Shown piece after piece: positions 1 to 14,328 of a stretch of DNA of 64,000 nt. The translations under genes and the position numbers were made by a program. A model generated the notes under the pieces. That model had not been told where the DNA came from. It did no database searches and saw only the letters and a program-made list of their open reading frames with translations. The stretch spans positions 14,942,001 through 15,006,000 of the forward strand of contig CM022672.1 of assembly GCA_012295275.1 (NCBI GenBank), read 5' to 3'. Source of the DNA: Chrysomallon squamiferum (lineage: Eukaryota; Animalia; Mollusca). Positions within the stretch are counted from its first letter, which is position 1, and each line of letters starts with the position of its first letter.

Positions 1-69
1 TGTGTGTGCACATGCCATAAACAACTATACAACTATGTTAACAACAATTCAGTTATTTCAGTGACTTAC

Positions 70-141
70 TTTCAACTTCTCTGCCATCAGACGAATGTTT
101 TCATTCTTTACCAAACGTAATGCTTCTCTTAGACATTCATT
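70..141 (-). CDS. DCTN1: DCTN1 exon 30
   Basis: [24 protein letters not shown]; donor GTAAGT, gene continues beyond the window. Confidence 0.9.
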
Positions 142-1734
142 CTGAAAATAGTTAAAAAATAAAATCATTTTATGCATGCAATTCAAGTGGTGTAACAATC
201 ACAAGTATTTCCACTTTTAAACTGTTGCATTCTTGGGGGAGGGTGTCTTGTAAGGATTATTATGTAAAATAAAACATTACACATATACTGGCTTTTGCCT
301 TCCATTATTAGTTCTTATGCTATTTAGTACTGATATTTAGCATCAAACACATTTTACAAAAAGGATGGAATAAAAATTTCCATTTTTTATCTTTACAATT
401 TAAAAAAATAAAAAAAATAAAATGATAAGTAGTAGAGAACACAAAACTACATAACTTCCTATTAATATTTTACAATGATATTTTAATAGTGCCAATGCCA
501 CTTCAATTACAATATATATATATATATATATATACTGAAGTGACATTGCCATGTGCTAGTGAAATACGATTGTAAATTATTATATATCATACACTTTTAG
601 CAGTCACTGCTTTACTTTGACTTTACCTGTTGTGTAAGTAAAGGAGAATCATTAGCTTGTCCTCCAGGTAATGCACCAGAGAAAGATCCAGAGGGAGAAG
701 TGGCTGAAAAACAAATAAAAATAAAATGATCTGTTCATAATTCAGAATACATTTTACTAAGAATACCCAATTCATTATATATGATTTTCTCTATTATATA
801 TACATGTAAAAAAAAACCCCAAAACCCAGTAAAAGTTATTATTCAGTATACACTGAGAATAAAATAATACACAATTCATGATGTGCAATGCTGTATTTTT
901 ATTTCAACATTATGCTATATATAATTAAATAAAAATACTGAGTTAATAAAATTATATAATATATTTGTAATATGTATTTTCATTATGACCATTTTTGATA
1001 AACAAAATCTATATCAAAATACTACAAGTAAAAAAGCTTGCAATAAATGAATAAAGGTTAAAATGAAAAATAAATGTTTGATTTTTCACCACTTTGGGGA
1101 CACTGAATATTTTTAAAGGTGCAATTCTAATTTTCTTTTGACCATGTTTAATCAAATGTAATATTTTCTATGTATTTGTTTGTTTTTTTAATCAACAGTG
1201 TAATGTGTTGGTTATTTTGTCTTTACAGATTTAAAAGACACTTCAGCACAATGGACAATTAATCATTAAGTGTCAGGAAAATAGTATCTCTCCATCTTTG
1301 TAATACTAATTACACTGAACTTAACTGATTAGTGTTACAACATAAAGTGTATTTGACAACACATTACAAAATACTACTACACATATCTTACTTATCACTG
1401 CACATTCACAAACTGTATTAAATAATATTTTTGTAGACTTTACTTTAGATGTTTGGTATCTGTTGAACGTAAATATTATGCAATGTAAAATGTTTTGAAT
1501 TAAAGTGATTAGGATATATTAATTAAAAGCTGAAATTTAATGGCACCTTCCTTTTATGTGTATCATATTCATCTAAGATGCAATAAATTAAATAATCATT
1601 AAATTACAAGCTTTATGATTATATAATAATCCAAATAAATAAAATTATAAAAATAAAAAAGAATGAAATTTAATTTTTTCTTGGAAATATTCAGACATAC
1701 GATGTTCATATCAACGTAAACATTCATGTATACA

Positions 1735-1773
<39 letters not shown>

Positions 1774-3828
1774 CTCTCTCTCATATACATACACATATAC
1801 ACATACACAAATTTTAATAAGAGTACTACTTATGAAAATAAAGATTTAAAAATCTAGTAACTACAGAAAATGTTTTAAAACTTCAGAAAAACTAGATTAT
1901 TAAAGGTCTGAAAACAACTAGCATTTTCTGAAGTATGTAAATACTACCATGTTTAGTTCAGTAAACTGAATTAAATCTATTTATCAGCCTAACATGAACA
2001 ACAATTTTAAAGACAGAACTACAAATACAACATAGTTTAAAGTAACTATTATTTAGTATACCAGTAAGTACTTTATTTATATTCATATTCTGTCCACTAA
2101 ACTCAGTAAATGACTTCTTCTTTCACTTTTTTAAATGTTTCATTATGCATGCATAATATTTATTATCTTCTACTTATTATTATTATTATTATTTTTAATG
2201 TTTTTTAAATTTCTGACAGTTTATTAGATAAGAATTTAACCAAATTTATGCATGTACAATACTTATTCCTATATTAAAAAAAATGACAACATATAACAAA
2301 ATTTTGTTACAATACTGTCCCATTTTCTTTGTTTTTAAAAATACCACACGTATAAAATTAAATCTATTTTATTTTAAAACTTCATAGGTGAATCCTAGTT
2401 TTAAGAAAACTTCCCCTCACCATATTAAGACAAAACATGAAAAGCATGCATCAAGAAGAAAAGATTTTGTGAATGAAATTTAATAATCATTCAAATTTAA
2501 AAAAAAAAGAAGAAATAACATTCAGAATGTGATTTTCAAAAAAATATTTTTCCCAACCCTTTTATTAAACTTTTCACTTTCTGTAAGATAGCTAATAATT
2601 ATTAATTATTAAATTAATTTTGAATATTTTCAACTGATTTTTGATTTTGTACAAGCTGCATTAAAATATGTATTTCTAATTATACTTTTATTTGCTATTA
2701 ATTTATTAATTCTGACATCTATACCCATGGCCAATACATAGAAACTTTACCAATGTGAAAGCCAGGTTTTAGAAAAACTGAAAAACAAGTTGAAATTTAA
2801 TCACTGTAAAACACACAACCCAGAAGCAGAAATAATGTTTGCAGAAAACAAGGCCCTGCCATTTTGCTTTTTTTTGTTGTTGTTGCTTTTTTGGGGAGGA
2901 ATGTGCAAAAATATATTTTAATTTATGTGTTTATCTTTTGTTGTTTTTCAACTAGAATGAATTTAAAATTATTGTAAAGTGTCTTTTGGCAATGGGTATA
3001 GATATTAAGTAATTATAAACTTATCTGCAGCTGGATTTATCATAAATGTTATTAAAGTTTAAGCATTTAATATGTTTTAGAACCTGAATTTTTATTATTT
3101 TACATCATCTTAAATTATTTTATATTTTTTTTCTTTTTCTGTTTTTATTGTATTTTATATATTTATTAGTAGCTTATGAATTCTGAATTCTACATTTTGA
3201 TTTTTTTTTTTTTTACTTAACAGAGGATTTTTGTTTTCACATAATATTAGTGTTTTTTTTTTTTTTTTTTAAATATTTATTATTTTTATTACTATGATGA
3301 CTACTATTTATTAATTTAGAAAAATGAATAATAAGAGAGTGAAAAAGAAATCTATCACAACAAGAAAACCACTGAGATGTCCCACAGTAACAAATGTACA
3401 GCACCCACACACAACAAAATATCGTAAGAGGTTTACGTAAACAAAAACAATAATACCCTTCTTCATTTTTGATTTAGCTGAAATTAAAGTTTTGTGAAAC
3501 GTTTCCAGTGAAATGTGACAAATACAGTTGTAAGCAATTTTAAAACAGATAAAATCTCTAAATATTTTTGAAAAAGAACATTAAAATGTTGCTGTGTTTT
3601 TTCTTCAATAAAAAAAAAAAAAAAAATAATGATAATAATAATAAAATAATCAAATAAAAAAAAATAAAAAAAAAAATAAAAAATCAAAGAAAAATAAATA
3701 AATAAAAAATAAAAATAAGAAAATAAATAAAAATCTTTTAGTATACTTTAAAAATAAACATGAAGCTGAAGGACATTAACACAGTTATGTATTTTTTTAA
3801 ATAAAATAAACAAACAAACAAACAAATA

Positions 3829-3883
<55 letters not shown>

Positions 3884-5000
3884 TGAAATGAAATAAAAAA
3901 ATAAATAAAAACATAAATAAATAAATAAAAATCTTTTAGTGTATTTTATTTTGTAATACATAGTCAGCTATTTAATACAGGGCAAATAAATAAATAATTC
4001 ATTGTTTAAAGACAGCTAAACATATTTTTATTACAAACTGCTTCTGAAGATAATTTCTGATCAGAAAGAAAGACTAGCCAAGGTTTCTGGAAGTTATTCT
4101 TCCCACATAAGGAAAGCTGGCTGCCCTGTACATTTATTTGAAAATTAATCTTTTAAAAAAGATAATTTCAAAACATTTTTCATTTTATAAAGTCCACAAT
4201 CAAATTATGTTGATCACATACATCTCATAAACTATGATTATAAAAAAGAGGTATCATTTGTCTTTTCTGGTCAGTCAAAAATAGAACATTTTAAAAATCC
4301 CTTATACTGCTGAAATTCAATAAATCCCAAATAAATTTATTAAAATTATTTTCTGTTATACCCAAACCATAAAGAATTGATAAAAAATAAATACAAAATA
4401 TATATATATACACACACAATGTTATAAATTTTTCAAACATGAAAATAAATTTTACACACATGGGTAATTAGATTATGACTGTTTTTTTTTAATATCCAAC
4501 ACATAAAAACCTAACAAATAAATGAATGAACAGAAAAACCGACAAACCTGAGAGGCCAGAAGACTGTCTGGTGAGTCCTTCTAAGAGAGTTTTCTTTGAT
4601 AAAACCTTCAGTCTCTCCTTCAGTTCCAGTTTATCCCGTTCTAACATATCAATGTCATTCTGCAGTACGTCCAGCGTATCTTCTAATTCTCTGTTAATTT
4701 TCATTAACTTCATTACAACACTTTGTAGAAATACTTTATTATAATCTAAACATTTTATTAATAATAATAAAGAAAATACTTTTTAGAAATATAGATTATT
4801 ATAATCTACACATTTTATTAATAATAATAATAAATAATTTGTAGAAATGCTTCACTATAATTTACACATACTAAGAATTTTTTTTTTTTAAATCCAAAAC
4901 AACACTTTAAAATCATTAAATTAGATCTATTTGCTTACTGAATTATGATTTGCATGGACCAAGTCCAGTGAGAACAAAAAGAACTGATAATAAAACTTTA

Positions 5001-5050
<50 letters not shown>

Positions 5051-5776
5051 TGTGAATTTTAACTAAAAAACTGTTAATTTAAATATAAAAAAAAATTATT
5101 GTAACTACTTAGATACACCTATTTCTGAAGATGATGATGATATTACTACTGCAAATAAAATAATAATAATAATAACAACAGCAACAACTAAAACAAAAAT
5201 AAACCACAAACTTTTCTTTCTTCTTAAACTGTATGGTAGCATCATCCAGTTTTCTCTTCATCTTTTCCACCTGTTCATTGGAGTCTCGTGTTGCATTATC
5301 AATTTTCTTCTCCAACAGACTAATCCTCACCGTCTGTTCACTGATCTCTTCTTGCTGTCACACAATGTTTAAATATAAGTGTGATTACACACACACATTC
5401 ATACACTACACGAAAAACATTAGATACACAAAATACATGAGGATACTTTCACCTAACATAGACACATAACACACATATACACAAAGACATGATAACACAC
5501 ACACACATATACGCACACTCTTGTATCCAAACATGACAATACACACATATGCACACTCTCTACACACAGGTGTTGCACATGCATTTACTTCACCACAATA
5601 TACTACCTGCACAAACAAACACAAACACACACATGTACAGACTCCACTTCTCATTTTTGTCATATCTTGTATGTATTTTTACTGACAGAATAGACAACTC
5701 AGGAAAAAACAGAGAGAGACCAAGAACATCGAAGAGAACCATTGCGAAAGAGCAAAAGACAGTTACAGTAAACAGG

Positions 5777-5819
<43 letters not shown>

Positions 5820-5913
5820 GAGGGAGAGGGAGAGGGAGAGAGAAAGAGAGAGGGAAAAGAGAGAGAGAGAGAGGGGGGAGAGGGGGAGAGGGAGAGGGAG
5901 AGGGAGAGAGAGG

Positions 5914-5993
<80 letters not shown>

Positions 5994-8637
5994 ATGACTC
6001 AAAAGTACAACATTTAACATATGAGATAAGAATCACATTTGTCTGAATCATTTGGTATTACACCATTTACTACTTTATCTCATAAAACCACAGACTTACC
6101 TTCATCTTCAGCTGTTTCTTCAGATCAACAATTGCTTCTTCCTTGTTGTCTAACTTGAACTTCATCACCTCTGTGTCAGCAATCTGTGACTTGACAGTGT
6201 TTGCTCTCTGTCTTACTGGAGGAACAATCTGTCAGATACAGTAAGTAACACAAAGTCATTTCAACATTTTATTTTTATACTGTGCATATTTTAAAAGAAA
6301 TATATATTAAATTGAAAGGGCTATATAAGAAGCATATTAAATCTGGTACTAAACGTCTTTCAAGCCAATTAAAATGATACTGACAGGATATTGACAAAAA
6401 AAAAAATATCAGATGAAGTATTGTGAGTCTTCAGCACTTAGTACCAAAAACAGAAATTTAAAGTGAATTTTCACAAATCCTGTTCACTACACTTTTCTTA
6501 TCATTAACATTACCCAAAACAGTTACTTGATTTTTTGAAAATGATTAAATATGTGACACTGGTTGGTATTAATCTTTATTCTAAAATTTCTCAGTGTTGT
6601 TATGTTTACACTGAGCAGTTTGTGTGTTCACTTTACCTTTTTGTCATGTGTTCCATCAAAGTCATATTCACCATTCTCCATAGCATTGGCCAGCTGATTC
6701 ATTGTTCCCACCACTGTTCCAAATGCAAGCCTGGAAAGACAACAATTCAATGTGTGTATGTGTCTATATATCTATATGTATGTATGTATATATGTATGTA
6801 TATATGTATATGTGTGTGTGTGTGCGCGTGCATGTGTACGTGCGTGTGTGTGTGTGTAGAGAGAGAGATACAGAGATTATGTAGATATTATAGAATAAAA
6901 CAGGATCAGATATATAGATCAAGAATGCAAGAAAAAGATCTGAAAGAATATGACTTTAAAGAATTTTTATTTCTATCTTTATAAGCAGTTTGAACATGAA
7001 CTACATATCCTACAATGATATTTGAGTCTGTGTATCACACTCTTTCTTCAATCACTGCTTTACTTCAATAGTTGCAAAAGTAACTGAGAATCATTAGCTT
7101 GTCCTCCAGATAATGAACCCAATGTACAGGTTTATACTGTTCTATAACTCTGCCCATACAGGAAGAAAATATCTGTATTTTTTGATAAAGGACTGAAAGA
7201 AGCCCACACTTTATAAAGAGAGAAAGAGAAGAAAGCAGGCTGAAACAGTTAACTGATGTTTTACCTCAAACATTCGTATGGCCCATTGTCTTCTTTACTG
7301 AAGATCTTGTCCACTGCCTGGAAAGCGAGTTCTTCCATCTTCTTGGGCATCAAACCTTCAGCATCTAGTTGAATATTTAAAACAATGTCTCAAGTCAGAA
7401 CAGTAATGACAAGTGAACAAAAGTTTTTAAAAAGTTAAAAAAACACAAAAAAAAACAACAAACAAACAAACAAACAAAAACAAAAAACCAATACAAATAA
7501 CAAATAGAAATAAAACCCTTAATATATGGAAATATATATAAAAAAAAAAAAATCATGTTTTCTGCTTTTTTATATACACCAGAAAGTAATTTTCTGATGC
7601 TTCAATTAAACTGTGCTGATATGTACAGCACATTTTGTGTGTAATATGAATATTTTTATCTGTAATACATATTTGTATACTTTCTGAAACCTATTGAGAT
7701 ATTATATAGTAAACTAATATATAAAAAAGTACACATTTGAAACCTGTACGCATTCACTCATCCACATATCAAAATATAGATATTTAAATGTTAAGCATAA
7801 GAAGTGATGCCATATCCCCACATACACTACCCCACTCCCTTTCTTGTATCATTCACCCATCCACATTCACTTTTGCACAATAAACTATAGCTAATAATTA
7901 AACGTTAAGCGTAAGAAATAAAGCCATTTCCCCACATTATACAGACACTACCCCTTTCTTGTTCCATGCAAAGAGAATTGTTAGTAACTGCGTGCTGAGA
8001 TGCAGGTTTTATGCATTGTTATTCATTTCTACAGAAATAGAACTGCTACAATTAATTGCTATGATTCATTTTATCTGCAATATATTGTTATATTCTGTGC
8101 ACTTTTTTGCCCTGTTTAAAAAGGTATCATTGTGATATTTGTGTAATATCCTGTTTACATGTCAGTTTAAACTGTTCATCATTTTGATTTTTTCAATAAA
8201 ATGTTCTTGAAATGAAACCCACAGGATTCTGATTTCAGTGTTTAAGGTAAAATTACTGATGTAAGTTTGTTATTACTGGTAAAATAAAGTAGGCATTGTT
8301 ATCTATGATTGAAATAAAAATAAATAATTAAATAAATAAATAAAGTTAAGTAAGTAAGTAAGTAAGCAAGAAAGTCAATAAAATAAAATAAAATAAAATA
8401 AAATAAAATAAAATAAAATAAAATAAAATAAATTAAAATAAATAAAATAATGTACTAAATTTAAATAAAATCAGACTAAACACAATTAGAAAGAATTTTT
8501 GCCAGAATGATAACATTCATGAAAGTTAAAGCACCTTTGTATTTACAACACTGGCAGAAGGCAGATTAATCAAAGGAATTAAGATTTTTTATAAAAAGAC
8601 AAACCCCCAAAAAACAACAACAAAAAACCCCACTAAA

Positions 8638-8670
<33 letters not shown>

Positions 8671-11600
8671 AAACAAATATAATTTAGGGTAAAAAAAACA
8701 TTTAAACAAATATGAAAAATGTATCTAAAGATTTGTTAAGAAAAAGACCCAGTATCCTGTAACATACTTAAAACACCCATCCAGGGTCCTAGAACAGACA
8801 GAGCACAAACCCATTTCCATGGAGACAAATTAAAAAAACAACCAAAGTTTAAATACCTGAATACTCTTTACCAGGGTTTTCTTCTGTAAAATTTAATTTA
8901 ATATTGTACTGCTAGAAATGGATATCCTTCCAGTCATCCATCCATCTACACACTCGTCAATCCATCTATCCATTTTTTTTATCCATTGATCAAACAACCA
9001 TCCATACAATACCTTAAATTATTTCTTTGCTGACTTATACTGATTTAAATTTGTATGATGCTTATGTTATTTATTTATTTATTTTAATTTGTATACTCCC
9101 TATTTTATTTTATTTTTCTTAATTTATATATAATTCCTTGTTTTATTTATTTAGATATTTACAAAATGCTGTTGATTGTCTAGGCAGGCAGATTCATGCA
9201 GATTGTGGTCTGGGGTATCTGTTTGTCTTGTTAACTACTGGTTCATCCATGTCCAGTAACAACAAATTTCATTTCATAACAAGGTGATGTCATTCAGACA
9301 ACTGTTCTTTGTCATGCCAACAGTTTAAAAAAACAGAATGCAGGATCCGTGCTTTGTACTTTTCAAATATAAAATAAACACCGAAAGAAAAACAAACAAG
9401 TGTTTAGGGAAGGCATGACATAACGATTAAAAAAAAAAAAAAATAAATAAAAAAATAAAATGTTTTTTTTTTAAAGTTCTTTTAAAATTAGATCAGAATT
9501 GTAACATTAGTTAACTGTAAATTTTCTTTGAGGTTTTTAAAAAAAAAAAAATGACAATATTCAGTTTAAGTGAAAACATTTTTTTTTCTGCTTAGAGGGA
9601 ACATTGCTTATAAAGTATTTTGACATTATACCTATTATGTATTATATCCTATACCTATGAAATACTGAAATGAATCTTACACTTATGAAGTATTGTAACT
9701 TACAAAAATAAAGTATTATAATTTATATATTTACAATATTTTAACCTATGCCTCTTATAATAACTAAGGTATTTTCACTATGACTTCACTTATACAGAAA
9801 TAACCCAAATGCACTAAAAGACATAGAGTAAAGTGTAATAGAATAGTTATAAAAAGAATTCTGAAAAACAAATGTTACAATATAAATATATATAAATATA
9901 TATATATATATAAAATTTGAGGTCTGCAGGCACTACTAGAATTACTACATGGTATACAGCTAGTCAGATACATTTTCAAGCTGAAATAAAAATCCTATAA
10001 TCAATATTACCAGTGTATGTGTCCACTGTGAGGTTTCCCCCTATGAAAAAGATTTCACAATTTCAGATGAGAAAAATGAATGTTCATCCATGTGTGTATT
10101 CAGGCTCTGAATTTTACCAAGGCATTAATGGCAAGTTCTATGTTTGCCATGTATACCTGCATTGGTGCCTCAAAATTGGGATATTTTCATGGCAATAAAA
10201 CCCTAATTGATACCTTTCCTATAAATTCCACTGATTCACTGTCAATGCTGAATAAAATCTATAAAAATACATTTATTGTCATTTTTTAAAAATGTTTTAT
10301 GTTATAACAGCTTAATAAGTCTCAAGTCTACGAGGCAGCAATATTTGCATAATCATTTGATACTTCATGTTAATCAGGTATTGCTGTTCTCTTAAATTTT
10401 AAACTAGAAATACCAAGACAAAACAGAATTTAAAAAATGCAAAGAACAGGAGCTTAGCTCAGAAACCACCATGTGTGTCTGTATTTTTTTAAATTATGTT
10501 TTATGTTAACAAGTAACTGAAATAAATAATTTTTTGATTAGTTATGGGTCATAATATAGCTAAAAGATAGCGCAATGTCAATGACTTCCATGAAATTTTT
10601 TTTAAAATTAAACTGCCTGGCACCTTACTTTGGGGAAAGGTTTGCTTTGGTGCTCTAACGTTTCTGATTAAACCTGTGGCAAAAACTAAATTCAGAGTCT
10701 GTATACATGCATAAAAAGTTGTATTTACATACACACACATTATTATGTATGTAGATGTGTGTGTTTGTGTATGCAAAGTTTGCAAATATTATTTCTTCAA
10801 GTAGAATAATTTCAGCATGGTCAGTATTCCTCTGATCAAACCTCCAATTTGAGAAATAGCCTAGATTATATATTAACATATATAAAGAAGGAAAAATGTA
10901 TTTTTGAAGATATAATAATTTATTTTATCAACATAAAACAAAGCAATAAAATTAAATTAAAATTAAAAATTAAAGTATATATATAATAACAAACATTTGC
11001 AATGAAAAATAAGACGTTCTTTGTCAAAGCTAATAAATCATTTTGTAAAATAAGAAAAAAAAAGGAGACTAAATAAAATAAAATAATAATGTTAATAAAA
11101 TAAAATGCATAAATAATTTTTTTTATAAGATTATATAGAAACAATAAAATGTTATACAAATAATTAAAACATACATTTGTGTATATAAAAAAATTATAAA
11201 AATCTGAGTTTATTATGTGTAAAAATATCACAAATCAACAGTTGAAATGTGCGTACCTGTCATGATTGCTGCTTGTTGCATGGCACCATGTGCTACCAGC
11301 GCCAGAGTTTTAGACACGTTTGTGATGTTTCTAGAACTGTCCAGCAACAAAGCTTGAATCTGAAAACAATTACATGATAAATCAGAAACAATTACTTTGT
11401 GTTGGGTTTTTAACCCAGGTGACAGTTTTGTGTTATTTTATTTAAGGAAATGAGACAATTTACCATTTTAGAACTTTTTAAAAGAAGAATTAAACCTTGT
11501 AAAATAATTGTTTTTTTTTTAAATTTAATAAAAAAGAAAACAGAAAAAAGGCTAACAGTAATATTCATGAAGAAATATGTGAACATGTATGTAAATATAA

Positions 11601-12099
11601 ACGTGATATTATGCAAATATGTGTGTCTGTATTTGAGTATACATATATTTGTGTAAATGTGATGTGATGCTATGTAAATGTGTGTCTCTGTATATGAGTA
11701 TGTATGATTGTGTTTATAAATGTTTGTGTAAATATTTCATGTTGCAGTTTAGAAATAATAAAACTTTGATATCATTAAAAACCTCTTTTCCAAACTTGAG
11801 AGGTGTCACAATGGCTGATCCTTCCTGAGGTAGTCTTCGTTTTATCTACAAATAATAACATTTACTTCAAAATTATTGACATTATTGGGAAAATGTAAAG
11901 CAAATAACAAAAATGAAAAATATTACAACTGAATACAAAGAAAAATAGACAAGCATCTCCATGTATTACATAGACACACCAATGAAACAAACACATATGT
12001 ATGTCTGTATAATTGTGTCTGATTGTGTGTGTCTGTCTGTATGTATGTTTATGTATGAATGTATGTCTGTGATTGTGTTGTGTGTTTTTTGTATATGTA

Positions 12100-12130
<31 letters not shown>

Positions 12131-13360
12131 AAGTGTTTATGTATAAATACAAATGATAATTCTGAATGTTTGTATAATGAAATCTTAACACATCATGATA
12201 GTAAAGTATTGGGTGTAAATAATGGAAATAGCCACAGAAACAAAAGTTACAAATGTAAAATAAAATATTTTATTACCAAACCACAGCTGTATAATCATCA
12301 AATTTTAATAAAATACATGTAAATCGATGCAAGATAAATATGAACAGCTATACAATAATAATGAAAATAAAAAGAGACACACCTTTCTAGCACACATTCG
12401 AGTGTCATTGTTACATGTCTCCAAGTCACGTAACAAGATGGAAAACTCACTCTGCTCCTGGCCAGGCTAAAAAAAAAAATATCAAAATAAATCAAGTGAT
12501 TCAATATTTATTTAACATAACATCATCATTTTTTATTTTATTTATATAAATGTAAGTGACAGAAAAACAATCATAATTATCAGTTCAGCACATGCCAGAT
12601 GCAAACTTTTACAAATTATATGATTCAGGATAAGGTTAAGCATTATTTAATAGTTTTGTCTTTATGAATCTGTTTACATCTCAACAGATATAAATAAACA
12701 GGATTTATTTTATTAAATTTTTTTATTATCCAAAACAGCAGTTCTTAACCAAGGATACTGAGAATTTATAAATTATTTAAATTTTGAGTAACTTTAGATT
12801 TTGATAAATACAGGGTTATGGGAATTTGAAAAGATTATGAATGTTGATCTAGAACAGTGAATAATTCAAGCAGTCAGTTTAAAACATTAGATCTTACCAT
12901 GAGAAGAATTTTCAGTCTTGTTACATCTGTCGTAATGCAGTCACAGGCACTGAGAACCAGTCGAACCTGGTCAGCCATCAGAGAGGTACAGTCTACTTTC
13001 TCATTACTAAGGTGTACACTGTACAGTTGCTGGAACGTAAACATGAACACATTTGTTTGATATTTGTACATAGATTTATTGAACCAAGTAAATGCCATTT
13101 TGGAATATACATGCACATCACACATTTCAGTCACATGTAGAACAAAATCACAAGCTCAAAGCCATATACTAACTTATGTTCCAATCCAGTAGTTTGATTG
13201 GCTCATATTAGTGATAAAATTAATTCTGTTACATTGATTCTCTTTTGACTGTTGTATAATTCTGTCAAATTAATTCTGGTGTGAATATTTTGTTTGGTGT
13301 TACAAAGAATTAAAATAATGATATATATCACCAGCACTTTAACTGTAACCAAAAAAATAA

Positions 13361-13413
<53 letters not shown>

Positions 13414-14294
13414 TAATAATAATAAAAAAATAAAATAAAAAATAATAAAATAAATAAATAAATAAATAAAAATAATAATAAATAAAAAAATATATATATT
13501 TAAAAATGCAGAAACAATAAAATATTACAGAAATCAAAATTTTCTTTGCCTTCATCAAAATAAACAATATATTTTACAAAATGTATTATTCATTATATGT
13601 TGAAGTGAGTGAACAAAATAAACTTGAAATAAATTTTTTAATTTGAACAACAGTACTTACTTGGAAGAAACTGATAGATTTTTCCAACAAGTCGAGTGAT
13701 ATTGTTTCATCAAGCTGAAAATATAAATGTAGCTGTTAATAACAAGTATATTAAAATAATCATCACTAAATAAAAGAGACCAATTTTCATTTCATAATAC
13801 TTTTGATAAGCCTTTTTCCCCCCATTCAATTCTTTGCCATTCTGAAACAAATGTGATAGCTATTTTGATTACATGCAGTAAAAGATAACCAAAACCACAT
13901 CCTAAACTGCACTATTCCATTGCTAGTTGTTAATTTGTTAATTAGTGACATCTGAAGAAGTCATTATTTTCCCTAACTTTTGCGGTTGTCAATAATTAAA
14001 TTTACATTTTTGTTACCTTCTAAAATCTCAAAGTATTACCCTAATAGTAAATTCTTGGGGATCCTTTACGTGCTTATGCTAACATAATCCAATTATTAAT
14101 TTCTGTGGATTACCCGTTTTCCCAATCCAACTTATGTATTTTACATACCTGGTCTTTTCTCAGCAGATCGATGTAGTAGTCAATGGACTTTTCGTGGGCT
14201 GACATCTCGGGAAGAAGGGTGCCAACTTTGGTAAACAACTCTACACTGCAGCTCTGCAGAGCACTTCAAATAGAAAATAAGAATTTATAAAATG

Positions 14295-14328
<34 letters not shown>

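Noticed and set aside
5549-6051. ORFs of 150-165 aa with RE/SL repeats
   Set aside because: Translations of the (GA)n microsatellite inside a DCTN1 intron.
9958-9980. Further AG..GT mini-segments in DCTN1 introns (9958-9980, also about 1948-1965 and 9013-9024)
   Set aside because: They contain in-frame stops in the required phase. They show that some such pairs arise by chance.
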